From: Phoronis australis
Lineage: Eukaryota; Animalia; Phoronida
NCBI GenBank assembly: GCA_002633005.1
Contig: NMRA01000016.1
Location: forward strand, 1,652,749 to 1,716,748
Direction: 5' to 3'
DNA: 64,000 nt
The notes below the pieces were generated by a model. It was not told where the DNA came from and did not search any database. It saw only the letters and a list, made by a program, of their open reading frames with translations. The position numbers and the translations under genes were made by a program. Shown here one piece after another: positions 51,436 to 64,000 of the stretch. Each line of letters begins with the position of its first letter. The first letter of the stretch is position 1.

Positions 51436-54400
51436 TATTATAGAAAGTTAAATCGTGTAATTGTAAATAATTTCAACTTCATAACAATCCACTAGGTGGC
51501 ATGCGTACAAACAACTCTATTCCTTTGTCGATATACATTTTCCATATCATACATCGGCAAGTAATAAAACACTTCTCCGAAAGTCAATGCAATATCCATG
51601 TTGTGTAACTCCTTTGACACGTACACCAGAAGTAAGTTACTCGGTTAGATTGTATGGATTATCTGCGCAACTGAATTGCAAAAACGGCGAGCGGGCTGGT
51701 TCTAGATATCACGGATGTAAAACAGCTTCTGGTTGATTAGACTACACCTGTTACGAGTTTTCACGCTATTTCATTAACCACACATATGACCATAGCAGTA
51801 TCGAACAAGTACCAAATTGGTGCCTGATCTCAGATAATTGCTTTGATCTAAGTTCCAATGAGACTGATTTCTCTACTTTTTTCTTAATTCTTGGAACTGT
51901 TTGTCAAAATTTACTTTCTGCTTCACATGATTTTATTTCCAGCTATAAAGATAAAATACAGTACCGTCTTAAAGTTGGCAGATACTTGTTTTAAAGATTT
52001 ACATATAATAAAAAGAATAAACAGAAATTGTTTTGAATTGGGAATATTTTACATTTTTAAAATATTTTCAACCAAAACATCTATTTTTATTGTGAAGAAT
52101 GTCACGTGACCTATATTTCCCAGAATGCCACGAACATTGACAAGTGCAGTGTCCCGAATTCATTTTTGACAACTGACCTTTAAAACACAACATTTTTGAC
52201 AAATAAGGTAGAAACAAACACAAACAGAATTCACAAGTTCCCATATAAAAAGTCTCCTTTTAGATGTCAAAGGAAATCCCTAAAAACTCCGATTTTTATA
52301 ATGAATAGCGTGAAAATGAAAGCCTAGTTTGACGGCCGGAGCGACAGTTTGCGACTGGAGACTCGGAAGTGAGCATAAAAACAAAGCAGCAAGGGCATAT
52401 CCAACAACGACCAGGCCACCACTGACGATGCAGAAAACATCCACAACGTCACTGTACACTGTAAATAACAAAGACGTCGCCCTCATCAACAACAACAAAA
52501 TTGTCGAACTAGGACGGCCATTACTTCTCCAACACTAATGACAACACTGCTGCACCGATGTCGCTGACATGAAACTACCACTAAACTCGCCCAAAACGAC
52601 AACGCCAACGACGTCGACGATCGATTGTTGGGACACGCTCAGGACAGCGAGGACAAGCATTGTGACCTCAGCCGCGCCAACGAAGGCGCTGACAACACCA
52701 ATACCATCACCCTGACCTTTGTCAGCACCATCATCTTAATCATAACCATCAAACAATAATGACAGAATCGATAAAGAACAAAAGTTTGTACAACCGAGGT
52801 CAACGGACGAGAAATCGAGGAACGATCAGGCAGTAAAACAGCGGTAGTAAAAAATATCAAGTAACTCAAGAACGGTCAGTTATAGAGTTAGCTCACAACA
52901 CGTGTTGTGTAACGTTTGTCGATATCTATCCATTTCATAAAGATCCATCCAATTCGCCGGAGATACAGCTCGGTAACAATTACCGCTATCTTAATAAAAT
53001 TGAACCATTCTAGAGACAGTAAAAAGGTAAACGTACACGTAGGTCTACGTGTCATGTAAAAGATAGTAGAGTCTGGATTCCGTGTTGTTCTTGAACCCTG
53101 GAACAGCTATATTGAAATTCATGTCAATGTTGGCCTATCATCTTCGAACCTTAAACCACGAATATCTTGAGATCCATTAGTTGTATCAAGAACGAATGGC
53201 GACTATGAAGACGAGATCTATCCACACACCAAGATTCAAAAAACGAAAAGTGTACGTCAAAACGCCGTCAAGTTTTCGGATTTCGAACAAAGAGAAACAG
53301 ATTCGAGAGTAACACGTTACGTGAGAACGTTGCAGCGTCGGACCTCAGTCATCAGCAAATCTCGCATAACTCACGGAAATACTAAGCTGGAGTCTAACCC
53401 TCTTTTAATTTTTGTAGCAAAAAATCGAAGATCTCGAGAACGGGAGGTCGTAGCGAGAAACGGATAGCACACTCACAGATAGCCGTTGATGAAGTCTTTC
53501 TACATGACAAATTTCTTTGCGAATCAAACATTTGAACAATGACCGTCACAGCGCCATCTTTTGTCATATTTCGCCATTAACAAGGTACATGTTGCCTTGA
53601 CAATATATCAACTTATTTATCGAAATTTAGCGAATTAATAAGAACTAGGGCGTAACACGTTTATGGTTTCGTCATCGGGTGAAAGTAAATACTTAGTAAT
53701 ACAAAGACTTGTGAATTTCGGTAACGTCAATCCATTCCAGTGTTATTTTCACAAGTAGGAAGAAAAAGTATAATAATCTCAATCTATTGTTTACACGCGT
53801 AGAATGAACACCGTGCAGTAATGATTGCTGTAAAAGTTGCCACAGAATGTAAGAAAACCATCAGTTATTCAATTTTCCATAACCAGAAATGTTTACTATG
53901 CTAATGTTTCTAGAAAATGTAATGCAACAGTTTTCGAAGCCTAAGTACGCGTACATTTAGATGTGCGATATTTTTAGTCGAGTCCAATAACGTTCCGGCA
54001 GATCTCTTTCAAATGTTTCGTAAACCGCTATCCGCTTGTTCTACTCGTCTGACTGCAAATGCAGTCATGCATTAAAATCCAGGTGAGCCAAATTACACCA
54101 ACATTATTCTGACCTTAACGTAGGCGGCGATACTTAATTGAAACAAGTTACAATCAACAAAGAATAACTTGACTTGCTATTAGCAGACAAATTAAATGCC
54201 AGATTCATTTGGACAAGAACATACTGAGCATTCGGAATGACCATTTTCCGAGAGTATAAACAAACTATCAATCCACAACTTGTTGTTTTTGTCTGCTCTA
54301 GCCACAGACTGGAATTCTACAATTAGATAGCACTGGTGCGATCTGGGCTATAAAGTAGAATTTACACGCTAATTCCTTATCTCTGTGATTGCTTGGTCAA

Positions 54401-54699
54401 AATAGAAGCACAACACATAGCGACGATGTGAATATGAAGTAGGTTGAAAATTGCGAAATGTTTTTAAGAACGAGTTTTGTGTCCAAAATGATCTGCTGTA
54501 AATCACTCAAACGTATCCACTAAGTATCGTGACGTGGTGTTGGGGAATATACGCAACATAGCATTTTGCAGGCTAAGTGAACCCCCAAGGCACGTCTTTA
54601 GTGCAAATGGTCACCTATTTGCAGATTTTTTGTTTCCATATTTGCTACATGTCAGTGAATACAACTGCAGTTAGTTTAGTTCATTAAATCCTTTGCATA

Positions 54700-55000
54700 T
54701 TTATATCGTTCTTTACTCACAGATGTAATCTTTTCCTATCATTTTATCTTTATTATGAGTTCCTCAGTCTTTGACTTATGACATTTAATCATAACATAAA
54801 TCTGGGTTCTTAATTCAATGAAAATGAATAAGCAAATAGTCCTTAAACTAGTGGCGTTGCATGAAAAGATCCTTACTTATCTCCAATGATATTGAGAATA
54901 CAACGCAGAATTCATACTCTCTTTGTGTCAAAGCCAAAAAGTGACTAAGTAGTGAAACTAAAACAATAAAAGAAAGGACATTCAGTGTTTCCACAAGTCC
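54700..55000 (+). repeat. Uninterrupted copy of the repeat that hosts the Kolobok-type element at 6821
   Basis: Colinear with 6590-6816 joined to 8428-8495. Confidence 0.75.
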
Positions 55001-57269
55001 ACGTACACGCACTAGATTTAGGGACCTAAGCTGAATTCCTACTCGTGACTGTTCCAGGCAACTGGGCACTATACTCTTGACGTGGTAATTTTGCTTTGAC
55101 ATTTTTACCTCTTCACGTTTACCTTTCAAATGTTGACAGTTTAGTGTTACATAGGTCTATTTTTGTGCAATGCGTTTTTTGCGAAAAATGACAAAATGCT
55201 CAGATTTAAAAGTTTGAGTATCTTGTATCCTTTTGAATCAAAAATATCTCCTTCTGTTTAAGAGGCACATTTAAACACGGTTATTCATTTAAACAACAAA
55301 AACGAGTTCAACAAGTCAAGATATTTTTTAAACAATTATTCAATTTTTAAAAACATCCAAAGACTGATCTTAAATAAAAGTCGTAATTAACAGAATCTTC
55401 CATTTTTAGTGATTTTGTTGGTTCATAAACTTCTTCTGAGTTCTAAACTTAAGAAAAATCACTGAAAGGGTATAAGAGTGATATGTTTGACACAGACTTC
55501 AGTTGGGAAATATATCTTCTTTTGCTGGCAAATTGGTAAAGGACAATCCCCATACATGAATGTACATGGAAAGTTTCATTCATCAGTTTATTTTTTCAGA
55601 TCCAGGTCCAGGGAACATCTTCGAAAATACTTTGATGCATGCCTTGCCCGAAAAACCATTTAATTTTGTGCCTCTACATGACGGTGATCAGCTTTAAGAC
55701 CAAAAACTTTCACAACCTGGACTAAACCTGAAGCCATAGGTTTCTTACCCTGGTACTCAGGGCAGATGTACATATTGCTCCAAAAATGTTCACACACGCC
55801 GGGAATTCAAATTCAGTGTGGCCCACACCCTGCACCCGGGCCTACTTTAAGGTTTCACCGGGCTGTAAGAGTAGGCAAGTGAGCTGTCATGTGCTCTGTA
55901 TGCACGGGAGCGGCAAATGACAGCAAAGAACGAAAAATTATCACACGCTGCTACTGGAAAGTCAAAAACGTCGAGAAAGTGCAAAGACAACGAATCCCAC
56001 TCGCTATAGAAGGCCAAAAAAGCATAGGTTTAGACTCTACAAGAACTCATTTTGAGATCGGCGATCATCCGAACAAAAAAGGAAACACACGTCCGCATCA
56101 ATTTCAGCAATGTTCTGTTGTTTTTTAAAGCTACATAAAGGCAACTAGGGAAGGGTCAACATGGTTAGGAACGCCATGATTCGCAAAGCGACGCTTAAAA
56201 ATAACAAACTCCTCATCATGTTTGCTGGTCTCAGGTAGGCTTTGCTTTTTCAAAGTGAGCAAGCAAAATATACCGCATCACCACCTCGATTTTCAAATAA
56301 AAAGCAGAGACCAGAACCAGCTGTATTTTTGGCCCAATCTACGTCTTCCACGTGGTCCAGAAAGTGGGTTTGTTATTCTGTGATTGGTTAATGCTGCTGT
56401 TCACAGCGCCCTCTGCTGCTCGCTGCTTTTACATAAAATGAGATACTTAAAACTTGGGAACTTTTAATAATGAATTAGATATACTTCATCTAGCCATGCA
56501 AGAAAAAAGTAAACAGCCAGACGAAAGCACATGTGCTCCCGCATGCATGTAAATCCCACTTGATAACCCCCATCGTCCATTTATTCCGGTACTATTTGCT
56601 GCAATTACATTTATCTGCAAGAAAATACGAGCATTGAGACAAAACAGAGATATAAAATTGTAGAATAAGACACATGTTATGTGGATGGCGTGACCCAGAG
56701 GGATAAAGGGCTTCGACCCCATGTCACGTATCTTCCGATTAGAACAACTGAGGCTTCGGAGTCGCCTAAGCTTTCCGCTGTAGGACTTCATTTGTTATCG
56801 CCCTATTGTCGCGCCTGATATGGTCTAAGACAAAGGGTTGCAAAAAGTATCGTTTTATCTGATTATTTTCAAACCAATCTAATACACACTATTCCTTTGA
56901 AGATAGTTATTGTAATTGCATCTTAAGAGATTTACCGAGCGTAACTTTGAAACAGAACATGCAGTGTCCAATGACTAGGGGCAGAAAATCGCGTGCTCTC
57001 TGTGTATTATTTGCCCAGGGCACTGGCGATAGACATTTCAGAATCCGTCCTCCCTTATCAAGTCAAGCATACTAATATATAACGAATGTGTACTCTTTGA
57101 AAAAATTAATCCGCCGGAAGAGTTTACCTGCAAACAATACGCCAAGAAAGAAATTAACACGATTGAAGGGAAACTTAATTTAAGGGCGTTGTGGATGCCA
57201 CCGTTTTTTCATGAAGGTGCGTCAATATGGAACCGGTTCTATTTAGATCCCTCCTCTCATCATGCGGAG

Positions 57270-57420
57270 AAGACAGTGTGTCTGCGGTTTGAGCTTCAGA
57301 CTCCCGTTTGGGAGACCCAGGTTCGAATCCGGCGCTTCACTGGCAGGCAATCGAGCATTGCACAAAAGCGTCTTCTACTCCTCTGAGCTCGGTCTTACTA
57401 GTGAGCGAATGAATGCACGC
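57270..57420 (+). mobile_element. Decayed tRNA-derived SINE
   Basis: Perfect B box GGTTCGAATCC 57320-57330 preceded by stem ctccc..gggag; A box degenerate. Confidence 0.5.
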
Positions 57421-59941
57421 AAGGGAACGAATGTGCCTATTATTAAATTGCCAGTGAAACGATGTTCTTTTTATACTTTATACTTTTGTACTCTTGTTAA
57501 CTGTCGGTAACTGTACGGCATTCCAATACCTATTTTATTTATTTATTAATATGGAACTCAGTGAAGACTATTGACTGTGTCCAGTTTCAGAACATGCTGT
57601 GTGTTAAGTATAGCTGCGCCATCTATTGAGTGTTACTAGTAATTACTATTACATGAGGGAGATCTACTCTGACGACGACTTCAGCTTCCGCTCAACCGTC
57701 ATTACGGGGAATTCCGAATCATTTTGTCTGAGTACTTCTGACTTATACAGTTTTCGCAAAATCTACTGCATGAGCTCAGGGCACACACGGACTATAACTC
57801 GACGGCATGAGATAAAAGTTGTTGCATTCACGATTAATTCAAACATTTTGCGTACAGAGAAGAATATGAAAACTTGAATATCGGATAGACGTTAGTGACA
57901 AGGTGAGGACTTAAAGATAAATTAGCGTGTGACCTCAAGACTTGCAAATTATTCGTTACCTTACGTTATAGTCAACCAGTCAAAACTTTCAATTATCTTT
58001 GATGACAAAGTCATGTTATAGGCCACAAGTTGGGAATTGATAAGCGTTTTAATTTAATTTAATTTGGGATTACTCTCTTTAAATTTACCTTATGATAATG
58101 AGGTGACTAAGTAGGTCATTCCACGTCGCTAAGTAAGCACACTCACACTGGTTCATGTCTGGCCAATATGGTTTACATTAACCAATGAAAAGCAAGGTCA
58201 CATAACTATACAGGCATTAAAGCTGCATAATCCTAATGCTGTACGTTTCCATAAATTAAGAACTAAAACTAGACTAGTATGTGTCAAAATCAATCGCAAA
58301 AATAGTTGCCATGGCAACTACTTGCTCTCACTTGGACAGAATATAATAATATCACCCCTGTCGTAGGTTTGACCCCTCCCCTGGTCGCCATTCATTTAAA
58401 GCCACCTTGCATGAGTGCCATCCATCCCACCGGTCGTCACCTACTTTTATCCTCAGTCGCCACCTATTTCCAGCTCCCGCACCCTTCTTGTGGCGCCCAG
58501 GAGCAACTATCCCACTTTCGTACCCCGCCCCTCGCTACGCCGATGGGACACATAAAAATGTAGGAATTTTCGGGCAAACTACATATCGACCGGCACTGAC
58601 GTAGCCAAAGGGGAGGGGGCACAAGTGAGACATGACAGTCCTGTTCATTCCAAAATAAGACCTCCCCGGTCAAAAATAAATCAGTTTTTGGAAGGTGGGA
58701 ACACGGAGATCGCTCTTCCCCCCTCGAAAAGCACACTGCCTAATTTGGTCATGGTTCTGGGTACCACAGTTACAACTAGGTCAACCTATCCAACTACTCT
58801 AAAATTCAGAATCAGTGTTATTATTCTGGATATTTAATTTATTCTGAAATTAGCATAACAAGACACGATTACTTTTGTTCTTTGATAAACATCCGTGGAG
58901 ATTACATTGTTTGCCGAAATGAAGCCTTGACTTTCTCATCTGTCGTCGACGTCAAATCCACACAAATGCTTGGCCGTAATTAATCAACGATATACGCTAT
59001 CCAACATGAGCAAGTCCAGTTAGTCGATATCATCTTCCAAGAGCGACAAATCCAAAATATCATAGTCATTTTTGTTGACTATAGCGCCATCGCTAAATTG
59101 GGTGTACGTGTACGTGTAGCCGAAACAAGAAACAACGCATACGCTAACGTGAACGTGTGACCTCTGATGACTTACGCGTTCGCGTTCGCGTTTTACGTGC
59201 AACCGAAGCTCTCTGATATAGATTTTACGACGTACATGTATATGCAAGCATATACATGTAGTTATAAAGGAACCCCGCTTTTCAATCACTTTCTGTCCTG
59301 TTCAAACTCAACCAAGCGACAGGGTCGCCTGTTTAGGAATACCTGTGAAACCCTTAATTTCACAACATATATTGGGCATGCCATTTTGAAATGCACTCAT
59401 AATGAAAGCAGATTGCAAAATACGTATACTGTTCATCATATTCAGCTCCAGGTGAGCCACCTGAGCAATAAGTTTTGTGCTTGGGTGGGGTTATGACCTT
59501 TACTCTTTTGCTTAGAGGCTTTTCAGATAACGGGGCAGTGCTGAATATTACGTCACAAAAGTACACCTAATTTTCACAAGCTTATTACATATACTTATGA
59601 GTACTATAATGCAGAAAATTAATTGCATATAAAAACTATGTACATGACAGCTTCTCTGCGAAATGGGAAAATTTTATTGTTCACGTTTATTCCAAGTAGC
59701 AACTGTTTACTTTATACGAGATACGAGAATGGTCTCTTCTGCGTGAATGACTGGATGTTTGTTTTTGTGCTTGTAATGTTTATAAATGATAATAAATACA
59801 TGAATAAATATTATGCAACCGTTATATCGGCCCAGGTAATGCTGCGTGACGCGAACTGGAAATAAACACACAATAGTGTTGGCTTGCAAAGGAGGTAAAG
59901 CTCTGTACAGTTAGATCTCTCCATCCTAACTACAGATGAGA

Positions 59942-60099
59942 CAGGGGCGGATCCAGAATTTTAAAAAGGGGGATCGGATCAAGGATTTCTTAAAATGGGG
60001 GTCCAAGTCAACAATTTGAAAATTCAAGATTTGATATCACTAAAATCAAGGGAAAGGGGGTGGGGTCCGGATCCCCTTGACCCCCTGGATCCGTCTATG
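59942..60099. mobile_element. hAT-like MITE family B
   Basis: caggggcggatcc...ggatccgtctatg; interior matches 29608-29756. Confidence 0.8.
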
Positions 60100-60964
60100 G
60101 ATGAAGTGATGTGTTCAATAAATGGCATACATGTACAACTAATAGTGCTTGCTTATAGTACATGAAATTGGAGGCAAACGCATTCAATAAATGTTTGAAC
60201 TTGCAACAGAAACTTTAATTTATACTTGTGTGTAGTTAGAACGGTCACGTCCCGTAGGTCTAATCTCCGTCCGTGAATGATCATAACTGCACGAGAAATA
60301 TCTGTCTCGAACTTGGTCGCAATATCGCCACTTGGATTAGTTTCTGAAAGTAATCGGCATGCCGGGGAGTCACTGACATTGACAAGGTGTCTGTAGGCGT
60401 GTACAAAAAATTGCGAGAAGGCGGTACTTTTTCAACAAGTTTTGCAGGACCCACGTAGGCCCCGAAATTTCCATTTCGTCACCGCAAAAGGTCCACAACA
60501 TTGGCCTCAGCCCTGCAAAAGGTGCACTGGCCGCAGAAGGAGGTGGGAATTAGCAGACCTGGTACCCCCAATAGAGGGTCTCTCAGCAATGTTTGGCATA
60601 CGCTTGAGGGCACCATGCCAACATGAGTGATCCCCGGGTCGACATTCGACCATTGGACTCTCGAACAACCCGGCATACGTATTGCATACTGCTTACGTAA
60701 GTTCTTAGCCGTGACTCGTTGATAAACAGCCACTTGGTGTAGACGCGTGTCGGAACTAGTGCAGCGTTTCTTCTCGTCACCAATACTTCATCTTTACAGG
60801 TATGTTGAATTTCGTCTAAACGTACAGTTGCTCTGGTTATTAATTTGTAAATTTTGTGTCACACGTCTCACTGTTTTACGAACTGCCACCGTTTGACTGG
60901 CTGTGCTACCCTTAGGGACTGTGACTCCCAATCACACGTGGGTCTCGATTATAATCAACCAATT

Positions 60965-61270
60965 AATTTATTTCTGTAATAAAGGCCATAGGCCCACTGT
61001 ACAAAAGAACAAAATGTAACATAAATAAGAGTGTAGCAAGCTATCACGGAGAGGAAAAGCGTAAAATACGTATTTATATAGATTATCCAAATTCAAGTGC
61101 CTGCCTACTTCAATCATGAGACTGTGGCTGGAACAACGAAAACGTGCCACGGACATAATTTGTGCACAGGGTATACTCAAACTTAAAATTATTCCCAATT
61201 TGAATTCCTGTTTAAAGTGATTATAAACACACAGTTTAGGATTACTCTCAACATTTTGTCTCTATCCTTG
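60965..61270 (-). mobile_element. RTE-X-like LINE 3' end
   Basis: VARFRCSSHSLMIEVGRH motif; ends ...tttattacagaaataaattaattgg on the minus strand. Confidence 0.65.
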
Positions 61271-61432
61271 CAAAAAAAAAACAATCCCTCGTTAAATAGC
61301 AAAACAGTAAAACTAAAACGACGAGCGTCGATACTAAAATATATTGAAATCTCCCCACGTTTCGAGCGATGCGCTCTTTGTCAAGGTTGAGATACAGACT
61401 GCTAAGTACATGGATCTAAATGAACTCAGCAG

Positions 61433-62650
61433 TCACTTTTCATTCCAAGTACGATAAAATATTGGCTTTCCTCGAATTTGATCCTTTGTGTTATGCCATA
61501 AAGGATGGGACAGTATCCTGTCATCTTCTTTGACCTCGTTTAATATCGAACCAAACTCAAAAGTTGAAACAAACACATCCTTCCAAAAGGATTCCTTGTA
61601 GACTGGGCTACCATTTAAAAAAATAGTTTCAGCCATTGATCATCTTTTCAATGCCAAATTGACTCGAATTCCGCAAAATATCTATACAAGCCGAATTACT
61701 TTCTCCATTTACTTTAAGAGCTTTGATAAAAGAAACTAGATGAACCATGTTTAGACTACAATTTTTATAATTCTGAACCATTGTCTGATGAGAAATTTTA
61801 TCTTTTTTGTTACTCCAAATAAACTGAAAAACATTTTCTCCAGTTGTTTGATAAAATCGCCCTTTGGTGGTGGGTAACTTAAGAAAAGATGTGCAAGCTT
61901 TGGCAATACTAAAGATTTCACCACACAATTTTTTTTCCAGAACACTGAGGTATCTTCTGGACCAAGAGCATAAGATATTCTGAAAATCAATGAGTTTTGC
62001 ATTGAAAGTCAAACCAATCATGTCGTCTAGATTTACACTGAATTTAACCCCCAAAGTTGAAAATTCTGTGTTAACCATTTTAAAGCTTTTGCAAAATCAG
62101 GTATCCATGTATCATTCTTCCTGGTTCAAATCCATATACACTCGGTTTTTTCAATATTAGGCTTAAGACCTGAATACTTAGCAAATTGGTCCAGAAGATC
62201 CAGAGCCTTTTTTGAAAGATTTTTCATAACCATCAATTGTGTCATCGACATACTGTAGAATTGTTATATATTTAGGTCCACAATTAATTCCCTTTACTTC
62301 AGTATTATCTCTAAACATGTAGCCCAAGATTTCAGACCAATTAAGCACAAACAAGTAAGGCGAGATTGGGTCAACTTGTTTGCACCAACGTTCAAGCTTT
62401 GAAAAAGTCAGAGTCAAAGCCATTTTGAATGACGCAAAGATGTGAGTTTTCAATTAACATTTTTATCCTTTCACAAACATTGTCTCCAAACCCAAGCATC
62501 TTAAGAACATTAAACAGGAAACTTCATGACTCAAATGCTTTTTCAAAATCCACTATTGTTACAAGACAGGGAAGTTTACGCGAGTCTGTATAATGCAAAA
62601 TGTCAAAAAGAATTCTTGTGTTTACACCAATAAATCGCCCAGATAAAATT
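61433..62650 (-). mobile_element. L1/Tx1-clade LINE RT fragment, decayed
   Basis: CKQVDPISPYLFVL..EILG...VKGI...LQYVDDT; WSRRYLS; VKSLVLPKLAHLF..P; FIWSNKKDKI; PLWHN..I.GK; rc of 62535-62555 gives DFEKAF. Confidence 0.88.
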
Positions 62651-62885
62651 TTTTTTCCAATCACTGGCATATAGAAAATTCGTATATATTTATTAGGGTC
62701 ATTGGCATTCCCCGTGGTACCAAAATAGCATCACACCATGCCTATGTGTACCTCCCACTGTGCAAAATCTTCTTGAATAGAGCCACTAGTAAAAGTATTA
62801 TTTGACTACTGGTGCACTTTAACACTTCGACAACTAATAACTATAATACTTCACTTTCAGAAATCTATCTTCACTTAAGAACAAA

Positions 62886-62921
62886 ATGTCCGTTGAAGAA
62901 AAACTAGATCAATATTACAAG
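62886..62921 (+). CDS. Probable first coding exon (exon 62861-62921) of a downstream gene: MSVEEKLDQYYK..., product unknown
   Basis: Branch-like actaat (62833), acceptor cttcactttcag| (62860), caaaATG context, open frame to consensus donor AAG|GTGAGT (62921/62922). Confidence 0.55.
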
Positions 62922-64000
62922 GTGAGTGTTGTCGGTTCTGCGTTTTGTACGTTCCCGAGACAACCAGGGCTTACAGCACTGACGTCACGCATAACGTGTT
63001 AAGGCCCCAAGCCAGTCTAGAGGCTCCGTGGAGGAGATAACCCGAGACAAACCAAGTCAGACCAGGGTGCGATCCCAACTGGCTGTGGCAAGTTTCTCCC
63101 GAGTGAAAGACGAATGTTTCATGAGTAGGCTCTGCTTAGAGGCTCACTGTAGCAAATTGGCTCAGTGCCAATACGGTGAGGCCCGCCGTAATGTCGAATT
63201 ATATGGAAGGAAATGCACACTATTCGTTCATGAACGAATATTTCTCAGGGGCGCGCTTCGGAAGGCAGAATGGATCTGAATACGTGGCATGAACAAGCGA
63301 GACTAGTTATGTTACATTTCTCGGGGTGGGGGGTGCTTGTGTGAAAACTAAGTTGTCCCTTAAATTCTGCCCTCCCTAAGATCATGTTGTCGGGTCGTTT
63401 CGAACTATCGCCATCCCTCGAACCTCCGGTCGCCACCAGTTTCAAACCAAAATATGCAATCGGACTGTTTCACCAAGAAAAACAAGGGTGGGCTAAGTTC
63501 TCTTCTACAAATTGGCTAACTTGAGTTTTAGTGCTCATGCAGACTAAACTACACGTGATCGCACTGGAAATCAATCACGAACTCGTTCTGAAGAAACTGA
63601 AGTAGAATTGTAGACCTGGTCACTAGTGTATAGCAATGGAGGAAGGCTCTGGCAATTGGCCCGGTCCTTGTTCATAGTAGAAGCCCCCAGGCCGGTCGAA
63701 ACACGTCAATATAGCGCTTGGCTCTTCCAATCAGGTCGCCATCAATTTCTCATTTGCCCTCCTACGATGAACAACACTGAATGTTGCACTAGTGCTTATA
63801 AAGAACTACACTACACAGTCCCTGTACACTGACATTGTATTCTTCACATCTACTGTTGAACGTTGCTGTAAACAGGGCTCGCGATGTTATGAAACGCCAT
63901 TTTTCTCACATGCATATTTGCCCTTGTAAAGCAGGTTAGGGGGAGGCGTTAATGAGAGATTTGGCGATTACTACATGTACTTACTTTCGGTCCTACCGTA

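Overview
AT-rich eukaryotic (invertebrate, probably lophotrochozoan-type) genomic DNA, dominated by decayed transposable elements. The only complete, confidently identified protein-coding sequence is a single-exon KCTD8/12/16-family BTB/POZ gene (47574-48344, +). I infer that it is transcribed from a CRE/CCAAT/TATA/Inr promoter at about 11.4-11.5 kb, with a 92-nt non-coding exon, a 35.5-kb 5'-UTR intron, a leader holding five uORFs and a roughly 3-kb 3' UTR. A probable first coding exon of the next gene lies at 62861-62921. The rest comprises a THAP-bearing TTAA-flanked Kolobok-type element, two non-autonomous TTAA/TIR elements (one with an empty site visible elsewhere in the window), a Penelope-like retroelement, hammerhead-like motifs, RTE-X/CR1/Tx1 LINE fragments, Harbinger- and hAT-like MITEs, and a head-to-head pair of tRNA-derived units with LTR/PBS/PPT-like structure. 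A 2.2-kb tandem duplication around a single N is probably an assembly artefact. Most ORFs in the supplied track are spurious or TE debris. All alignments were done by eye.
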